DNA of 64,000 nt from an uncultured bacterium. Its GTDB lineage: Bacteria; Verrucomicrobiota; Verrucomicrobiia; Limisphaerales; UBA8199. Positions 23,884-33,182 of the stretch are shown piece after piece. The notes beneath the pieces were generated by a model, which made no database searches, was not told the origin of the DNA, and saw only the letters and a program-made list of their open reading frames with translations. The position numbers were made by a program, and so were the translations under genes. The stretch spans positions 377,733-441,732 of the forward strand of contig CAVVMW010000018.1 of NCBI GenBank assembly GCA_963749495.1, in the 5' to 3' direction. Each line of letters begins with the position of its first letter. Positions within the stretch are counted from its first letter, which is position 1.

Positions 23884-24858
23884 ATGAAACGCCTCAGTGC
23901 TATTTTTGATGCCTTTGCCCCGCTGCTGGCTGCGTGCCCGCAGTTGGCAAGAGGAAGCCGTCCAGAGACGCGCACGGCGGTAGCAGCCGCCATGATGCTG
24001 TGCGCCCTCTCGATGCTCGGGCTTGCAGCCCCGGCACCCGAGGCCCCATACGAAGTCGGCCAATTCTGGGAATACTCCCACGAAGGCCCCCGTCCTGGCG
24101 CCATGGAACCACGCGCCATCGACGGGCGGAGAATTGTACGCGTCATCGAAACCGTCGGCGCCGGCGCTGAGCAGCGATGGGTCATTGAGGAGCGCTTCAC
24201 CAACGATCCCAAGAGCGTCTACCGCCTCCATGTCCGCGCCGATGGAATGCTTGCCGCGATTGTGATTGAAGACGAGAACGGCAGGTCGATGGCGCTGACT
24301 TACGGTAAACCCATGCCGTACCAGCGGGTCAACATGAAGGTGGGCGACTCGGTGCAAATCGAAACGGCCCTGATCATGCAGCCCGGCGGCTACAAATTGC
24401 CCTGGACGATCACAATCACCCGCCTCGGCAACGAGACTCTCGACGCACCCGCCGGGCGATTTGCTGACTGCCGGGTCTATCGCAGCGTCACCGATTCCGT
24501 CCTCGACATTAAAGTGGCCAAGGTAAACATCAAGGAACACCGGCAGTGGTGGTACAGTGACCGTGCCCACGCGACCGTCAAGGAGGTCTATTCCAAGGAC
24601 GCCGTCAAGTTCCTCGCGTTCTCGCAGGGTAAGTATAGCTCCACCAGCACCCTGGCGGCCTTTGGCGTCCGAGCCGTCTCCGAGGCAGAGCGGGCCGCGG
24701 TGGTCCGCGATCTCAAGACCCTCGCCGTCGCCCCGCCGGTCCGTGTCCAGACACATGGCCACTGGAAATGGATAGCGCCCCTCGCGGCCTGCACGGCCGC
24801 GGCTGCCATAGGCCTGCGACTGTTCAGAAAAACCCGTGCTCCGCGGCGGCAAATGTGA
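23884..24858 (+). CDS. Hypothetical exported protein with C-terminal membrane anchor (true start may be near 23992)
   Basis: Signal-like MMLCALSMLGLAA, beta-rich body with ETLDAPAGRFADCRV (VPAG-F-type motif), C-terminal hydrophobic stretch followed by basic residues. Confidence 0.65.
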   Translation: MKRLSAIFDAFAPLLAACPQLARGSRPETRTAVAAAMMLCALSMLGLAAPAPEAPYEVGQFWEYSHEGPRPGAMEPRAIDGRRIVRVIETVGAGAEQRWVIEERFTNDPKSVYRLHVRADGMLAAIVIEDENGRSMALTYGKPMPYQRVNMKVGDSVQIETALIMQPGGYKLPWTITITRLGNETLDAPAGRFADCRVYRSVTDSVLDIKVAKVNIKEHRQWWYSDRAHATVKEVYSKDAVKFLAFSQGKYSSTSTLAAFGVRAVSEAERAAVVRDLKTLAVAPPVRVQTHGHWKWIAPLAACTAAAAIGLRLFRKTRAPRRQM

Positions 24859-24884
24859 GCCTCGCCCAGACACTGGGGAACTCG

Positions 24885-24915
24885 CCGGTTCCGCACTCAG
24901 AGTGTGTGGAACCGG
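24885..24915. terminator. Hairpin between convergent genes, possible terminator
   Basis: ccggttccgcac / gtgtggaaccgg stem with one G-T pair; no clear U-tract. Confidence 0.35.
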
Positions 24916-24993
24916 TCGGTGTGGATGGGAAAGCATGTCGGCCGTAAAATCAGACCAGAACAGGCAAAGGGCTCATGACGGGCGCGCGGGCTT

Positions 24994-25683
24994 TTAGAGC
25001 AATGCCACGCGCCGGATTCCAAGAACGTATTTTGAACAGCGTGTCAAACGATACGGCAGGGCATTCGTAACTGGAGCGGCAAGTTCGGCGACATCAGGCG
25101 CGAACTTCAATTCGATGACTACGACCGGTGCGCCCAAAGGACAACGAGCCGCCAAACCGCCGTTCTCGCGGACTCCGGAGAAGCGCAGGTCGGAATCCAC
25201 CGTCAGGCGGAACCGCCCATCTCGACTCACGAAATAGTGACGTCGGTAGCAAGTAAATAAGGAGGGTTCGAGATGCCGCAGAACTGACCGCAGCATCTCG
25301 GGGAGGGCCGCCTCATCGACCGCGGTTTTCAAGACCGGCTTAACCGAGTCCCCGTTCAGCGAAAGACCCGGCAAGGCATGGACCCCCTTCCCGCCGACCA
25401 GCCCGCGCTTGAACTTGCGTTCGAGCATGGGCCGCTCGATCTGCCCGGCTTGCGGCCCATAGCAACGCACCCGTGTCTTGCTCCGATTGGCCACTCCGTT
25501 GATGTGGTCGTGATAATCGCTGCGTCCCGGAGAATCCAGATAGATGTTGTTCACGACCCGGGTTGGATAGATTTCCCGGAAAGCCGATGGATGACGCCGC
25601 ACCATGGCCAGCGCTTCGGCTACTGTAGACCCGTCAGCTATGAACTTCCGCTCGTAGCGCAAGTTCGGAAGAATTGGTGTCAT
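24994..25683 (-). CDS. VTC-domain (polyphosphate polymerase-like, CYTH) protein
   Basis: RYERKF, VNNIYLDS, RSKTRVRCYG, YRRHYF, RLTVDSDL, VIELKF, SKYVLG; paralogue of 40143..40832. Confidence 0.9.
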   Translation of the reverse strand: MTPILPNLRYERKFIADGSTVAEALAMVRRHPSAFREIYPTRVVNNIYLDSPGRSDYHDHINGVANRSKTRVRCYGPQAGQIERPMLERKFKRGLVGGKGVHALPGLSLNGDSVKPVLKTAVDEAALPEMLRSVLRHLEPSLFTCYRRHYFVSRDGRFRLTVDSDLRFSGVRENGGLAARCPLGAPVVVIELKFAPDVAELAAPVTNALPYRLTRCSKYVLGIRRVALL

Positions 25684-25702
25684 AGGAAGGTGGTGCGCCC
25701 GG

Positions 25703-26890
25703 TCAGCCGAGCAAACCCCGATCATCGAGGCAACTCACCTTGACGTCCGGGCTCAATTCACGGAGCCGCTGAGTGAACTGCTCCAAGTGCGCCACCTGCT
25801 TGAAATCCACCAGGAAGGCGGCTTCCAGCGACTCCGCGGTCTGGTCGAAGCGTTTGAGGCTCGCGCTGGCGCCCAGACCCGTCAACTCCTGGAGAAGGCG
25901 CACCACACCCAGCTTAGCGGCAGCCGGACTAGTGACGGTGAGGTAGAGATTTGGCGGTCCCGGGCTCGCGCGGAAGGTGCTGCGTATCATGATTAGCCCG
26001 AGAATAATGACTAGGGCCACAATGGTGAGCAGGGTCTGGCCTGCTCCCAGTCCAAGGCCGGCGCTAATGGCCAGGAAGAGGTAGGCCAGCACCTCGTTCA
26101 TCCAACTGGCATCGGTAACGTTGTTCTGGAGGGTGAGCATGGTAACGTCTCCCAATCGCTGGCCATTGACGAATTTCCTGAGATCGACCTTGAGCGAGCG
26201 TTTGAGCGAGCCGCGCGATTCCAGGAAAGTGCCGTTGCCCTTGTAACGCACGCCGACATCCTTCAACAAGCGTCCTCCAAACTCCAAATCCGCGTGCACG
26301 TAAACGAATTCGATTCCCAGGGCAGAGGCGAGGCCGTTGCGCTTTCCCTCCGGGCCTTGCAGCATCATGCCCAGGCCGGGGAACCCGCCACCGCCGGCAC
26401 CGCCCCTCCCGCCGGTTCGCTTGGCCGCGGAGTTGAGCCCGTCCCGGATCTGGCCGGCGTTGAGCTTTCCTGTCCGGTTTGTATCCCAAGCCTTGAACCA
26501 TTTCTGCGCCAGGGCCGCAAACTCCTCACGCGAGAGCCGGCCGTCATGGTTCTGATCGCCCTGGCTCATGATCGCGGAGGAGAGGGACTTGAGGCCGGCT
26601 GCGCTGGCAGCCCGGCTGAAAGCCGCGAACATATTGAACCCGCCCTTAGGTTCCATCGCTTCCCACTGGTCCTTCGTGAATTTCAAATGGACGGTCCAGA
26701 CGTTTGTGATCTGGAAGAGGCGATCGGAATCGAGCGCCACCATGAATGCAGTGTTCGGCGCATGTTTTTGCAGAACCATCGCCACACAAAACACGGCCAG
26801 CACAAACAGCGTTCCGAGGACGGCGGCGGTGCCGCGCCGCCGACCGGGGCAGCGGCGTTGGGGAGGCGAGTGTTTTGTTTGCCAGTCCAT
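25703..26890 (-). pseudogene. In-frame chimera: N-terminal CotH-kinase/EF-hand protein fused to the C-terminal half of a DUF4956 membrane protein
   Basis: The N part aligns with 37128..39410 (VHADLEF..DVGVRYKGN..SLKRSLKVDL..NNVTD..MNE). After EVLAY (26081-26095) it aligns with 39436..40122 (LFLAISAGLGLGAG...PNLYLTVTSPA...KRFDQT). Confidence 0.85.
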
Positions 26891-26912
26891 TTTCGTGGCG
26901 CGGTCGGCTCGG

Positions 26913-27317
26913 TCACTCCGCCGGCAAGTCAACCTTGAGGACTTTCTTCAGGCGATCACGGAATTCCTGGCATTTCCGTTGGTGGATAGCTCGCTGTTCA
27001 GGGGTCAATACTTGGTCAATCCGGCGCCAAGAGTTGACCAGAACGCTCCCCGACTCTTTGATCGCCTGGCCAAAAGAGTCTTTGAAATGGCGCCCCGTAT
27101 CGTCAAGGATCGCTCGAACTTTCGGCTGCTGTTCCGGGGTCAGTTTCAGCTCCCTTTGCATGAATTTCATCGCCTCAGAGGTCCAATTCTCGAGGTTGAG
27201 GCCCCGTTCAAAGGCATGCTTGAAGCGCATGGTTGTCCACACCGCTCCCGTCACACCGCCCGCGGCAAAGACCAGCACCAGGGCCAGGAGCACTTTCCAA
27301 TGTTTAATAGCGTTCAT
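26913..27317 (-). CDS. Small exported helical protein (Spy/CpxP-like), ECF-associated
   Basis: N-terminal TM (WKVLLALVLVFAAGGVTG), ELKLTPEQQ and VLTPEQR motifs. Confidence 0.75.
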   Translation of the reverse strand: MNAIKHWKVLLALVLVFAAGGVTGAVWTTMRFKHAFERGLNLENWTSEAMKFMQRELKLTPEQQPKVRAILDDTGRHFKDSFGQAIKESGSVLVNSWRRIDQVLTPEQRAIHQRKCQEFRDRLKKVLKVDLPAE

Positions 27318-27604
27318 TGAATGATATTGCTTACGAGGAAGCGCACCGCCGAAGACAAACCAGTTGCAGGTTCAGGCGCATCCGCCTGGCTCAGGAGGAC
27401 GACGACACCACAAAGAATCACAACCAGGGACACGAAAGCCGAGGACCAGGCGACCCGTTGAAGTTCGAAGAGCAGCGTTGGCTTCCTGGCGGGGGTCCAG
27501 GCCGCCACAACTCGGGCGGCAAATCCAAACGGGGCCGCTTCCGGTGGCGGCGGACCCTGGCCAGACAATATCAACAACCGCTTTAAATCCGGGTGCAGCT
27601 TCAT
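27314..27604 (-). CDS. Putative single-pass anti-sigma factor
   Basis: MKLHPDLKRLL...APFGFAARV plus one TM helix; ATGA overlaps with both neighbours. Confidence 0.65.
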   Translation of the reverse strand: MKLHPDLKRLLILSGQGPPPPEAAPFGFAARVVAAWTPARKPTLLFELQRVAWSSAFVSLVVILCGVVVLLSQADAPEPATGLSSAVRFLVSNIIQ

Positions 27605-28239
27605 AGCCGTCCCTCCTTTTTCAATTTTCCGAAGCGCTTGTTCAACTTGTGCCGCGCCCGAAACGCACGCACCCGGATGAGCGCGGCCGACCACCCCGTC
27701 ATTTCACGGACTTCCTCGATGGAATACTGCTCGATTTCCAGCATGCGAATGACGGCGCGGTCTTTCGGGCTCAGAGTCTCCAGGAGCAGGTCCACCAACT
27801 CCCGCGCGCCGAGGAGATGAGCCGGGTGCGTCTCCTGGACCTCCGCCGTTGACACCGCCTCAAGCGCCTCCGCCTGCTCCTCGGATAGATCAGCCATCCG
27901 CCACTCCGGGCGAACTCGTTGCGAGCGAATGGCGTTCAGGCAAAGGTTGACCGCGATGCGCGAAACCCAATGCTCCAGAGGGACCTCGCCTTTGTACTGG
28001 TCCAACTTCTCAAACATCTTCAAGAATACTTCTTGCGCCAGGTCTTCTTCGGCTGCCCGGCGCGGCAGGTTGTTCCGCACGATACGGATCACCGTCGGAT
28101 ACAGGTATTCCACCAATGAACGGGCGGCATCCTGATCCTGCTTTCGCACGCGCGCCAGACAATCAACAACGTCCAGATTCAATTCTTTCGTAATTATGAC
28201 ACCGGAACGGCTCACGCTATTACAGCATAATGCTGCCAA
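27601..28239 (-). CDS. ECF RNA polymerase sigma factor (start uncertain)
   Basis: EEDLAQEVFLKMF, HWVSRIAVNLCLN, region 4 SIEEVREMTGWSAALIRVRAFRAR. Confidence 0.92.
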   Translation of the reverse strand: MAALCCNSVSRSGVIITKELNLDVVDCLARVRKQDQDAARSLVEYLYPTVIRIVRNNLPRRAAEEDLAQEVFLKMFEKLDQYKGEVPLEHWVSRIAVNLCLNAIRSQRVRPEWRMADLSEEQAEALEAVSTAEVQETHPAHLLGARELVDLLLETLSPKDRAVIRMLEIEQYSIEEVREMTGWSAALIRVRAFRARHKLNKRFGKLKKEGRL

Positions 28240-28704
28240 GTTTCGGCTCCGGACCCAAGCGCAATCGCCCCGGCAGCGTGGGCAAACCTCTGCCTCTGAG
28301 GAACCCCTGGAGAGGCATCCCCCCCGGAGATTTGAGAACGTCCGGAGTTGCGGAGCCTAAAGCAGTCCGGCCAGGGTGGCGCTCACCTCCTGCCGAACCG
28401 ACAGCAACTGGCGCAACTCAGCCTGCGCTTTCTCGAGGTTGGCATGTCTCTGCTTGCGCGCCTCCTTGAATTTCTCCAGCGCGGCTTTTAACTCGGTTTT
28501 CGATGCCTTGGCATCGAAGGCCTTCTTTCATTCTCGTCATCTTCCGTGTTAGAATTGGAGCTTTGCGTTCTGGAAATCACGGCAGAGCTGCTCAGCATCG
28601 CCACAGATAAAGACACGTCTCGGGAAGGATTATTACAGAAAATTCTCATCTGGCGGCGAATATGTGGGCGGGTGGTTGGCCACCCGCCCGCGTTGTTGCC
28701 TTCC

Positions 28705-29040
28705 TTCTCCTGCATCCAAGAGCTGACGCTGCCAAAGACCCTGCTTGAAGTGCCGCCGTCAGTTTGACCGGAGGATTTACTGCCGGCGACCCCTTCTCCA
28801 CCTCGCCAATCCAAAGGCAGCAGGGGGCTATTGCTTCTGCGGTTCGGATCACGGCGCGGAGGTTGGATTCAGATTGACCAACGAGACCAGCGAAGATTCT
28901 GCCGGCGTCCAACTTTAATAATGGTACGCCGAACACTTTTGCTGTGGCTTTGGTGCTGAGACTTTTGCCGGTTCCAGGGATGCCAATTATCAGTAATCCT
29001 TTCGGTGTGGGCAGTCCGTATTCAATGGCACGCTCGCTGA
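28705..29040 (-). pseudogene. Internal fragment of a Ycf46-like AAA+ ATPase, frameshifted near 28795
   Basis: YGLPTPKGLLIIGIPGTGKSL (Walker A), LLKLDAGRIFAGLVGQSESN, degenerate Walker B CLWIGEVEK, then GSKSSGQTDGGTSSRVFG in another frame. Confidence 0.8.
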
Positions 29041-29041
29041 A

Positions 29042-29260
29042 TTGCAGGGCGCCACGTGCCAGCCGTTCGTGCGCTCCTTCCATTGCGCGCTGGTTTACGC
29101 CGGGACGGGCAACGATGATCTCGCCTTCGAGTGCCTTTGGAAAGCCTACGACCAACGCGACATGTGGCTGCGCTGGCTCTGGTCACATTACGCTTTCGAC
29201 CGGCTGCATTCCGATCCGCCTTTCATCGAACTTGCGAGGAAAATCGGCCTGAGCAAATGA
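29042..29260 (+). pseudogene. C-terminal TPR-type fragment of a kinase/cyclase-like protein
   Basis: ALVYAGTGNDDLAFECLWKAYDQRD...FDRLHSDPPFIELARKIGL resembles the conserved C-terminus of TolB/TPR signalling proteins; no upstream part is present. Confidence 0.6.
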
Positions 29261-29347
29261 GCGCCAACAACGAGCAAAGAACAAAGCAAGCTCTCCTCCG
29301 TGCGTAGCGGACCCCTGAGCGTGTTTGTAGATCGCGCGGCCCTGGAA

Positions 29348-29487
29348 GCGGGCACCAAAACGGGCACCAACTGCGTAGGTTCCAGTAGGCGCTGGTAGTG
29401 GCTGATTAGGCTTGAGTAGCCCGGGGAAATGGGTAAGTTTTACCTGCGATTGCGGCAAAAAACGGTCGATTCCGACCTCCGCCTCCA
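29348..29487 (+). mobile_element. Putative island right end (att site 2); ~135-bp direct repeat with 36737..36873
   Basis: ggcaccaa-aacg-ggcaccaa repeat, then TCGATT-CCGAC-CTCCGCC-T-CCA (29466-29487). Confidence 0.75.
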
Positions 29488-29749
29488 AGTAGTGAAGGAG
29501 TAGTAGCTGAGTGGTGGACGAGTACGCGCCGGTAGTTCACCTTGGGCCTGAATTCTGCTCCTGACTTCCCCTTTCCTCGTCTATGCTCAAACCTGCTCAT
29601 CACCAGGGCCTTGAGGCTTCTTCGTGGAAAGCAGGCGAGGGTTGAAAACCGACCGTTGCCTCTTGTTCCCTCGGCAAGGTGGACTCGACAACAAGTTCTT
29701 GCCCAGAACGAGGCGCCGCAGGGGTCTGGAAAGACAGGAGAGCAGAGAC

Positions 29750-30297
29750 CGCCACGCTTGCTGGAGACGCAGAAGCGCGTTGGTGAGGCGGCTCAGGCCA
29801 TCGAACTCAAGCAGAGCGGAGAGAACAGCATCCTGGGCGCGTTGGCGGACAGCGTGGGCATGTCGCTGACGCATGTCCTGCGTTGGGCGCACTGGTGGAA
29901 CTCCACGGAATTGATCCCTGATGACGTCAGCAACGAGCAGGTTGTCATCAAGTTGAACGCCGACTACAGCACGCACGGGCTCTCGGCCAACGAAATCGTG
30001 GCCGTGGTCCAGGCGTGGCAGAACGGTGCGCTGAGCCGGGATTCCATGTGGGACATCTTCCGGCGCGGCCAGGTGTTGGCGGAAGGGCGGACCAACGAAA
30101 AAGAGGTCCGGCTGATCGCGGTTTGTGAACAATTCTCGTTCAGCGTGCGGCAGGGTCGTGCGACATGCCGCAGCGTGGTGCAGGACGAAAGGCTTGGCAG
30201 CACGGCGCACTGAGCCGGGATTTCATGCTGGACATCTTCCGCCGTGGCGAAGTGCTGCCGGAAGGGCGCACGAATGAAGAAAAGGTCCGGCTGATTG
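29750..30297 (+). pseudogene. Phage portal-like (DUF4055-type) C-terminal fragment plus a second diverged ~90-bp copy of its end
   Basis: RLLETQKRVGEAAQAIELKQSGENSILGALADSV...AVVQAWQNGALSRDSMWDIFRRGQVL; 30028-30118 is repeated at 30207-30297. Confidence 0.6.
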
Positions 30298-30416
30298 AGA
30301 AGTCAGCGGTCGGAGACCGGGTGCCGGCAGGCTAAGCGTCGCTGGTGGGAGCGGTGGTGGGGGCTGGGCAGGGGGGCAATGTGCTGTCTTCTTGACCTGA
30401 ATCAAGGGTGGTTCGA

Positions 30417-30451
30417 TTGACACGGCTATATTGTGAATCTATATTCACAAT
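30417..30451 (+). promoter_or_regulatory. Sigma-70 promoter overlapped by a palindromic operator (likely TetR site)
   Basis: TTGACA 30417-30422, 17-bp spacer, TATATT 30440-30445; ATTGTGAAT-ctat-ATTCACAAT 30430-30451. Confidence 0.8.
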
Positions 30452-30456
30452 GAAGT

Positions 30457-31126
30457 GTGCGTGCATCGAAGACCAGAACCGAGATCCGGCAGGACCAGAT
30501 CGCCGCGGCCGCCCTGGAGTTGATGGCGCGGCACGGGCCCAAGGCGCTCAACCTCGCGGCGCTGGCGCGTAAGGTCGGCGTCGTTCCCTCTGCGATTTAC
30601 CGGCACTACCCTGGCAAGGACGCGGTTCTGGATGCGGTGTTGGATTTGGTTGCGCGAAGGCTTCAAGAACAACGTCGAAGCTGTGCGGCAGGAGACACCT
30701 GATGCGCTGGATCGCCTCCACCGGTTGCTGAACCGGCACGTCCAGTTGATCAGAAACAACGTCGCCATCCCGCGCGTTGTGCTGTCGGAGGAGGTTTTCA
30801 GCGGAAACGCGAAACGGCGGCAGCGCGTCCACCAAATCATTCAGGGGTATCTGCGCAAGGTGGCGGAGTTGGTTTGCGAAGGCCAGAGAGAGGGGAGCGT
30901 CCGGGCGGGCCTTCCTGCTGACACGGTTTCGGTCATGTTCCTCGGACTGATCCAGCCCGCGGTGATTCTCTGGCTGATCAGCGATGGCGCGTTCGATGTT
31001 GCTACTCACGCTGAACGGGCTTGGCAGATTTTTAGCCAAACCATCCAAGCGGAGGGCTCCCTTGGTATGTCCACCTCAACTAAGACCGCGACGCATGGCC
31101 AAACGAAAGAGCAAAAACGAAAATGA
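30457..31126 (+). CDS. TetR/AcrR family regulator, apparent +1 frameshift near 30652
   Basis: HTH RQDQIAAAALEL...LAALARKVGVVPSAIYRHYPGKDAVL in 30457..30702; the ligand-binding half continues in ORF 30632..31126. Confidence 0.85.
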
Positions 31127-31776
31127 AAACGAACCTTGTGAAAATAACCACGATTGGCGCGCTGCTGGCAGCCGCAACGCTGCTGCCTCGCACGGCCAAA
31201 GCCCACTGCGACACAATGGATGGCCCTGTCGTCCTCGCGGCCAAGACGGCGTTGGAGAAGAATAATGTTGCCCCGGTCCTGAAGTGGGTGAAGAAAGACG
31301 CGGAAGCGGAGATCAAAGCCGTCTTTACTAAAACGCTTGCCGTGCGCACCAAAGGGCCGGAAGCACGCGAGCTGGCGGACCAGTTCTTCTTCGAAACGCT
31401 GGTCCGAGTTCATCGCGCCGGTGAGGGTGCGCCGTTCACCGGCTTGAAGGCCGCCGGGGTGGAACTGGGGCCGGCCATTGAGGAAGCCGACAAGGCTCTT
31501 GAGAGCGGTTCGGTGGAGAAAGTGGTCAAGCTGGTGACTGACGAAGCGGCCGCCGGCATCCGCAAGCGGTTCGCCCAAGCGCGCCAGAAGAAGGAGCACG
31601 CCGAGCACAACGTGGAAGCGGGGCGCGAGTTCGTCGCCGCTTACGTGGAATACGTCCATTACGTGGAAGGCTTGCACGAAACGGCACAAGGCGCAGGCGC
31701 ACACCATGCGGAGGGCCACGAAGCAGCCCCTGTGAAGGACGCCCACCAGGAAACCGCCCCGCAACACAAACACTGA
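31123..31776 (+). CDS. DUF6448-type exported protein with His-rich tail
   Basis: Signal peptide, then HCDTMDGPVV, FFETLVRVHRAGEGAPFTGLK, GREFVAAYVEYVHYVE. Confidence 0.8.
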   Translation: MKTNLVKITTIGALLAAATLLPRTAKAHCDTMDGPVVLAAKTALEKNNVAPVLKWVKKDAEAEIKAVFTKTLAVRTKGPEARELADQFFFETLVRVHRAGEGAPFTGLKAAGVELGPAIEEADKALESGSVEKVVKLVTDEAAAGIRKRFAQARQKKEHAEHNVEAGREFVAAYVEYVHYVEGLHETAQGAGAHHAEGHEAAPVKDAHQETAPQHKH

Positions 31777-31794
31777 GCGATCAATGGAACCGAT

Positions 31795-32397
31795 ATGACA
31801 CCGACACAAGTCATGGAGGCAGAGCACCGGCTCATCGAAACCGTAGTCAAGGCCTTGGGCGGCGTTGCGGCCGCCATCGAGCAGAGCCAGCGCGCCGATG
31901 TCGCCATGTTGCCGACGGCCGTTGAGTTCATGCGCGTTTATGCGGACCAACTCCATCACGGCAAGGAGGAGACGCTGTTCTTCCCCATGCTGGTCAAGCG
32001 CGGCGTGCCCCCCCAAGGCTGCCCGATTGGCGGACTGAACCACGAACACGAGAAAGGTCGCGCTCTGGTCCGGGCGCTGGTGGAGCAGGCTTCCGCGTAT
32101 GCCCAGGGCAAACCCGGCGCGCAGGAAGGCCTGCTCGAAACGCTACGCGCAATTCTCGACCTCTATCAAAACCACATCTGGAAAGAGGACGCGATGGTCT
32201 TTCCGATGGCCGACAAAGTCCTGACCGAAGCGGACGAAGCAGAACTTGCCGAAAGATTCGCCGAAGTGGATCGGGCCGTCGGCACTGAAACCATCGGCCG
32301 GCTGGAGACATTCGCAAGGAGCCTCGCGACGAGTGCCCAGGCGTCCTCGGCGAGCGCCGCGCGATTAGGCGGCTGCGATTGCGGATGTGGATCATGA
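31795..32397 (+). CDS. Hemerythrin-like (HHE) protein
   Basis: EH, HHGKEETLFFP, HEHEKGR and HIWKEDAMVFP motifs. Confidence 0.9.
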   Translation: MTPTQVMEAEHRLIETVVKALGGVAAAIEQSQRADVAMLPTAVEFMRVYADQLHHGKEETLFFPMLVKRGVPPQGCPIGGLNHEHEKGRALVRALVEQASAYAQGKPGAQEGLLETLRAILDLYQNHIWKEDAMVFPMADKVLTEADEAELAERFAEVDRAVGTETIGRLETFARSLATSAQASSASAARLGGCDCGCGS

Positions 32398-33173
32398 AAC
32401 CGAGTGTCCTTTCACGTCAACGCGGTGTCAGGACGGCCCTTAAGGTCTTGCTGCCGGCACTGCTTGTCGCCGCAATCGGCTATCAAGTGAAGTTCGCGCC
32501 GGTCACAGTGGCCGCTCACGAGATCAAGCCCGCCACCATCGTCGCCGAAGTGGTGGCGCTGCTTGGCCCCAGCGGCGCCGGGAAATCCACTCTGCTCACC
32601 GCCGTCGGTCTCATCAACCTGCCCACGGCAGGCCGCATCGTGATTGGCGGCGTGCCCGTCCTGGAAGCCGACCGCGCACTGGTGGACTTGTGCGCGTTCC
32701 GACGGAAGCATCTCGGTTTCATTTTCCAAAAGGCGAACCTGATTCCTTTCCTCAACGCTCTCGAAAACGTTCAAATCGCGATGGAGATAAACGATGTCGC
32801 GCCCTGCGCGGCCCACCAGCGTGCGCTGGAACTGCTCGATTATCTCGGCGTGGCAGACCGGGCGAGCAATTTGCCGGACGCCCTTTCCGGCGGCCAGCAG
32901 CAGCGCGTGGCCGTGGCCCGCGCGCTGGCGAACCAGCCCAGCCTCGTTCTGGCCGACGAACCCACCGCCGCGCTCGACAGCCACCGAGGCCGGCAGGTCA
33001 TGGAGTTGTTCCGCAAAGTGGCGCACGAACAAGGGGCTGGTGTCGTCGTCGTCACGCATGACCACCGCGCGCTGGACATCTTTGACCGCATTTTCGAAAT
33101 GGAAGATGGCAAGTTGAAGTCCAAACAAACACCTGATTCTTCGATTCCCAAAGAAGGTCTGAATCACAACTGA
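32394..33173 (+). CDS. LolD/MacB-type ABC ATPase with a foreign membrane-anchored N-terminus (probable deletion fusion with an efflux adaptor)
   Basis: GPSGAGKST, LSGGQQQRVAVARAL, LADEPTAALD, VTHD; preceded by a TM segment and ...ATIVAEV in place of the usual ATPase N-terminal strands. Confidence 0.8.
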   Translation: MKPSVLSRQRGVRTALKVLLPALLVAAIGYQVKFAPVTVAAHEIKPATIVAEVVALLGPSGAGKSTLLTAVGLINLPTAGRIVIGGVPVLEADRALVDLCAFRRKHLGFIFQKANLIPFLNALENVQIAMEINDVAPCAAHQRALELLDYLGVADRASNLPDALSGGQQQRVAVARALANQPSLVLADEPTAALDSHRGRQVMELFRKVAHEQGAGVVVVTHDHRALDIFDRIFEMEDGKLKSKQTPDSSIPKEGLNHN

Positions 33174-33182
33174 GGAACATAA

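Noticed and set aside
30028..30297. ~90-bp imperfect repeat as a DGR template/variable repeat pair
   Set aside because: Mismatches are not confined to adenines, many are synonymous third-position changes, and no reverse transcriptase is present.
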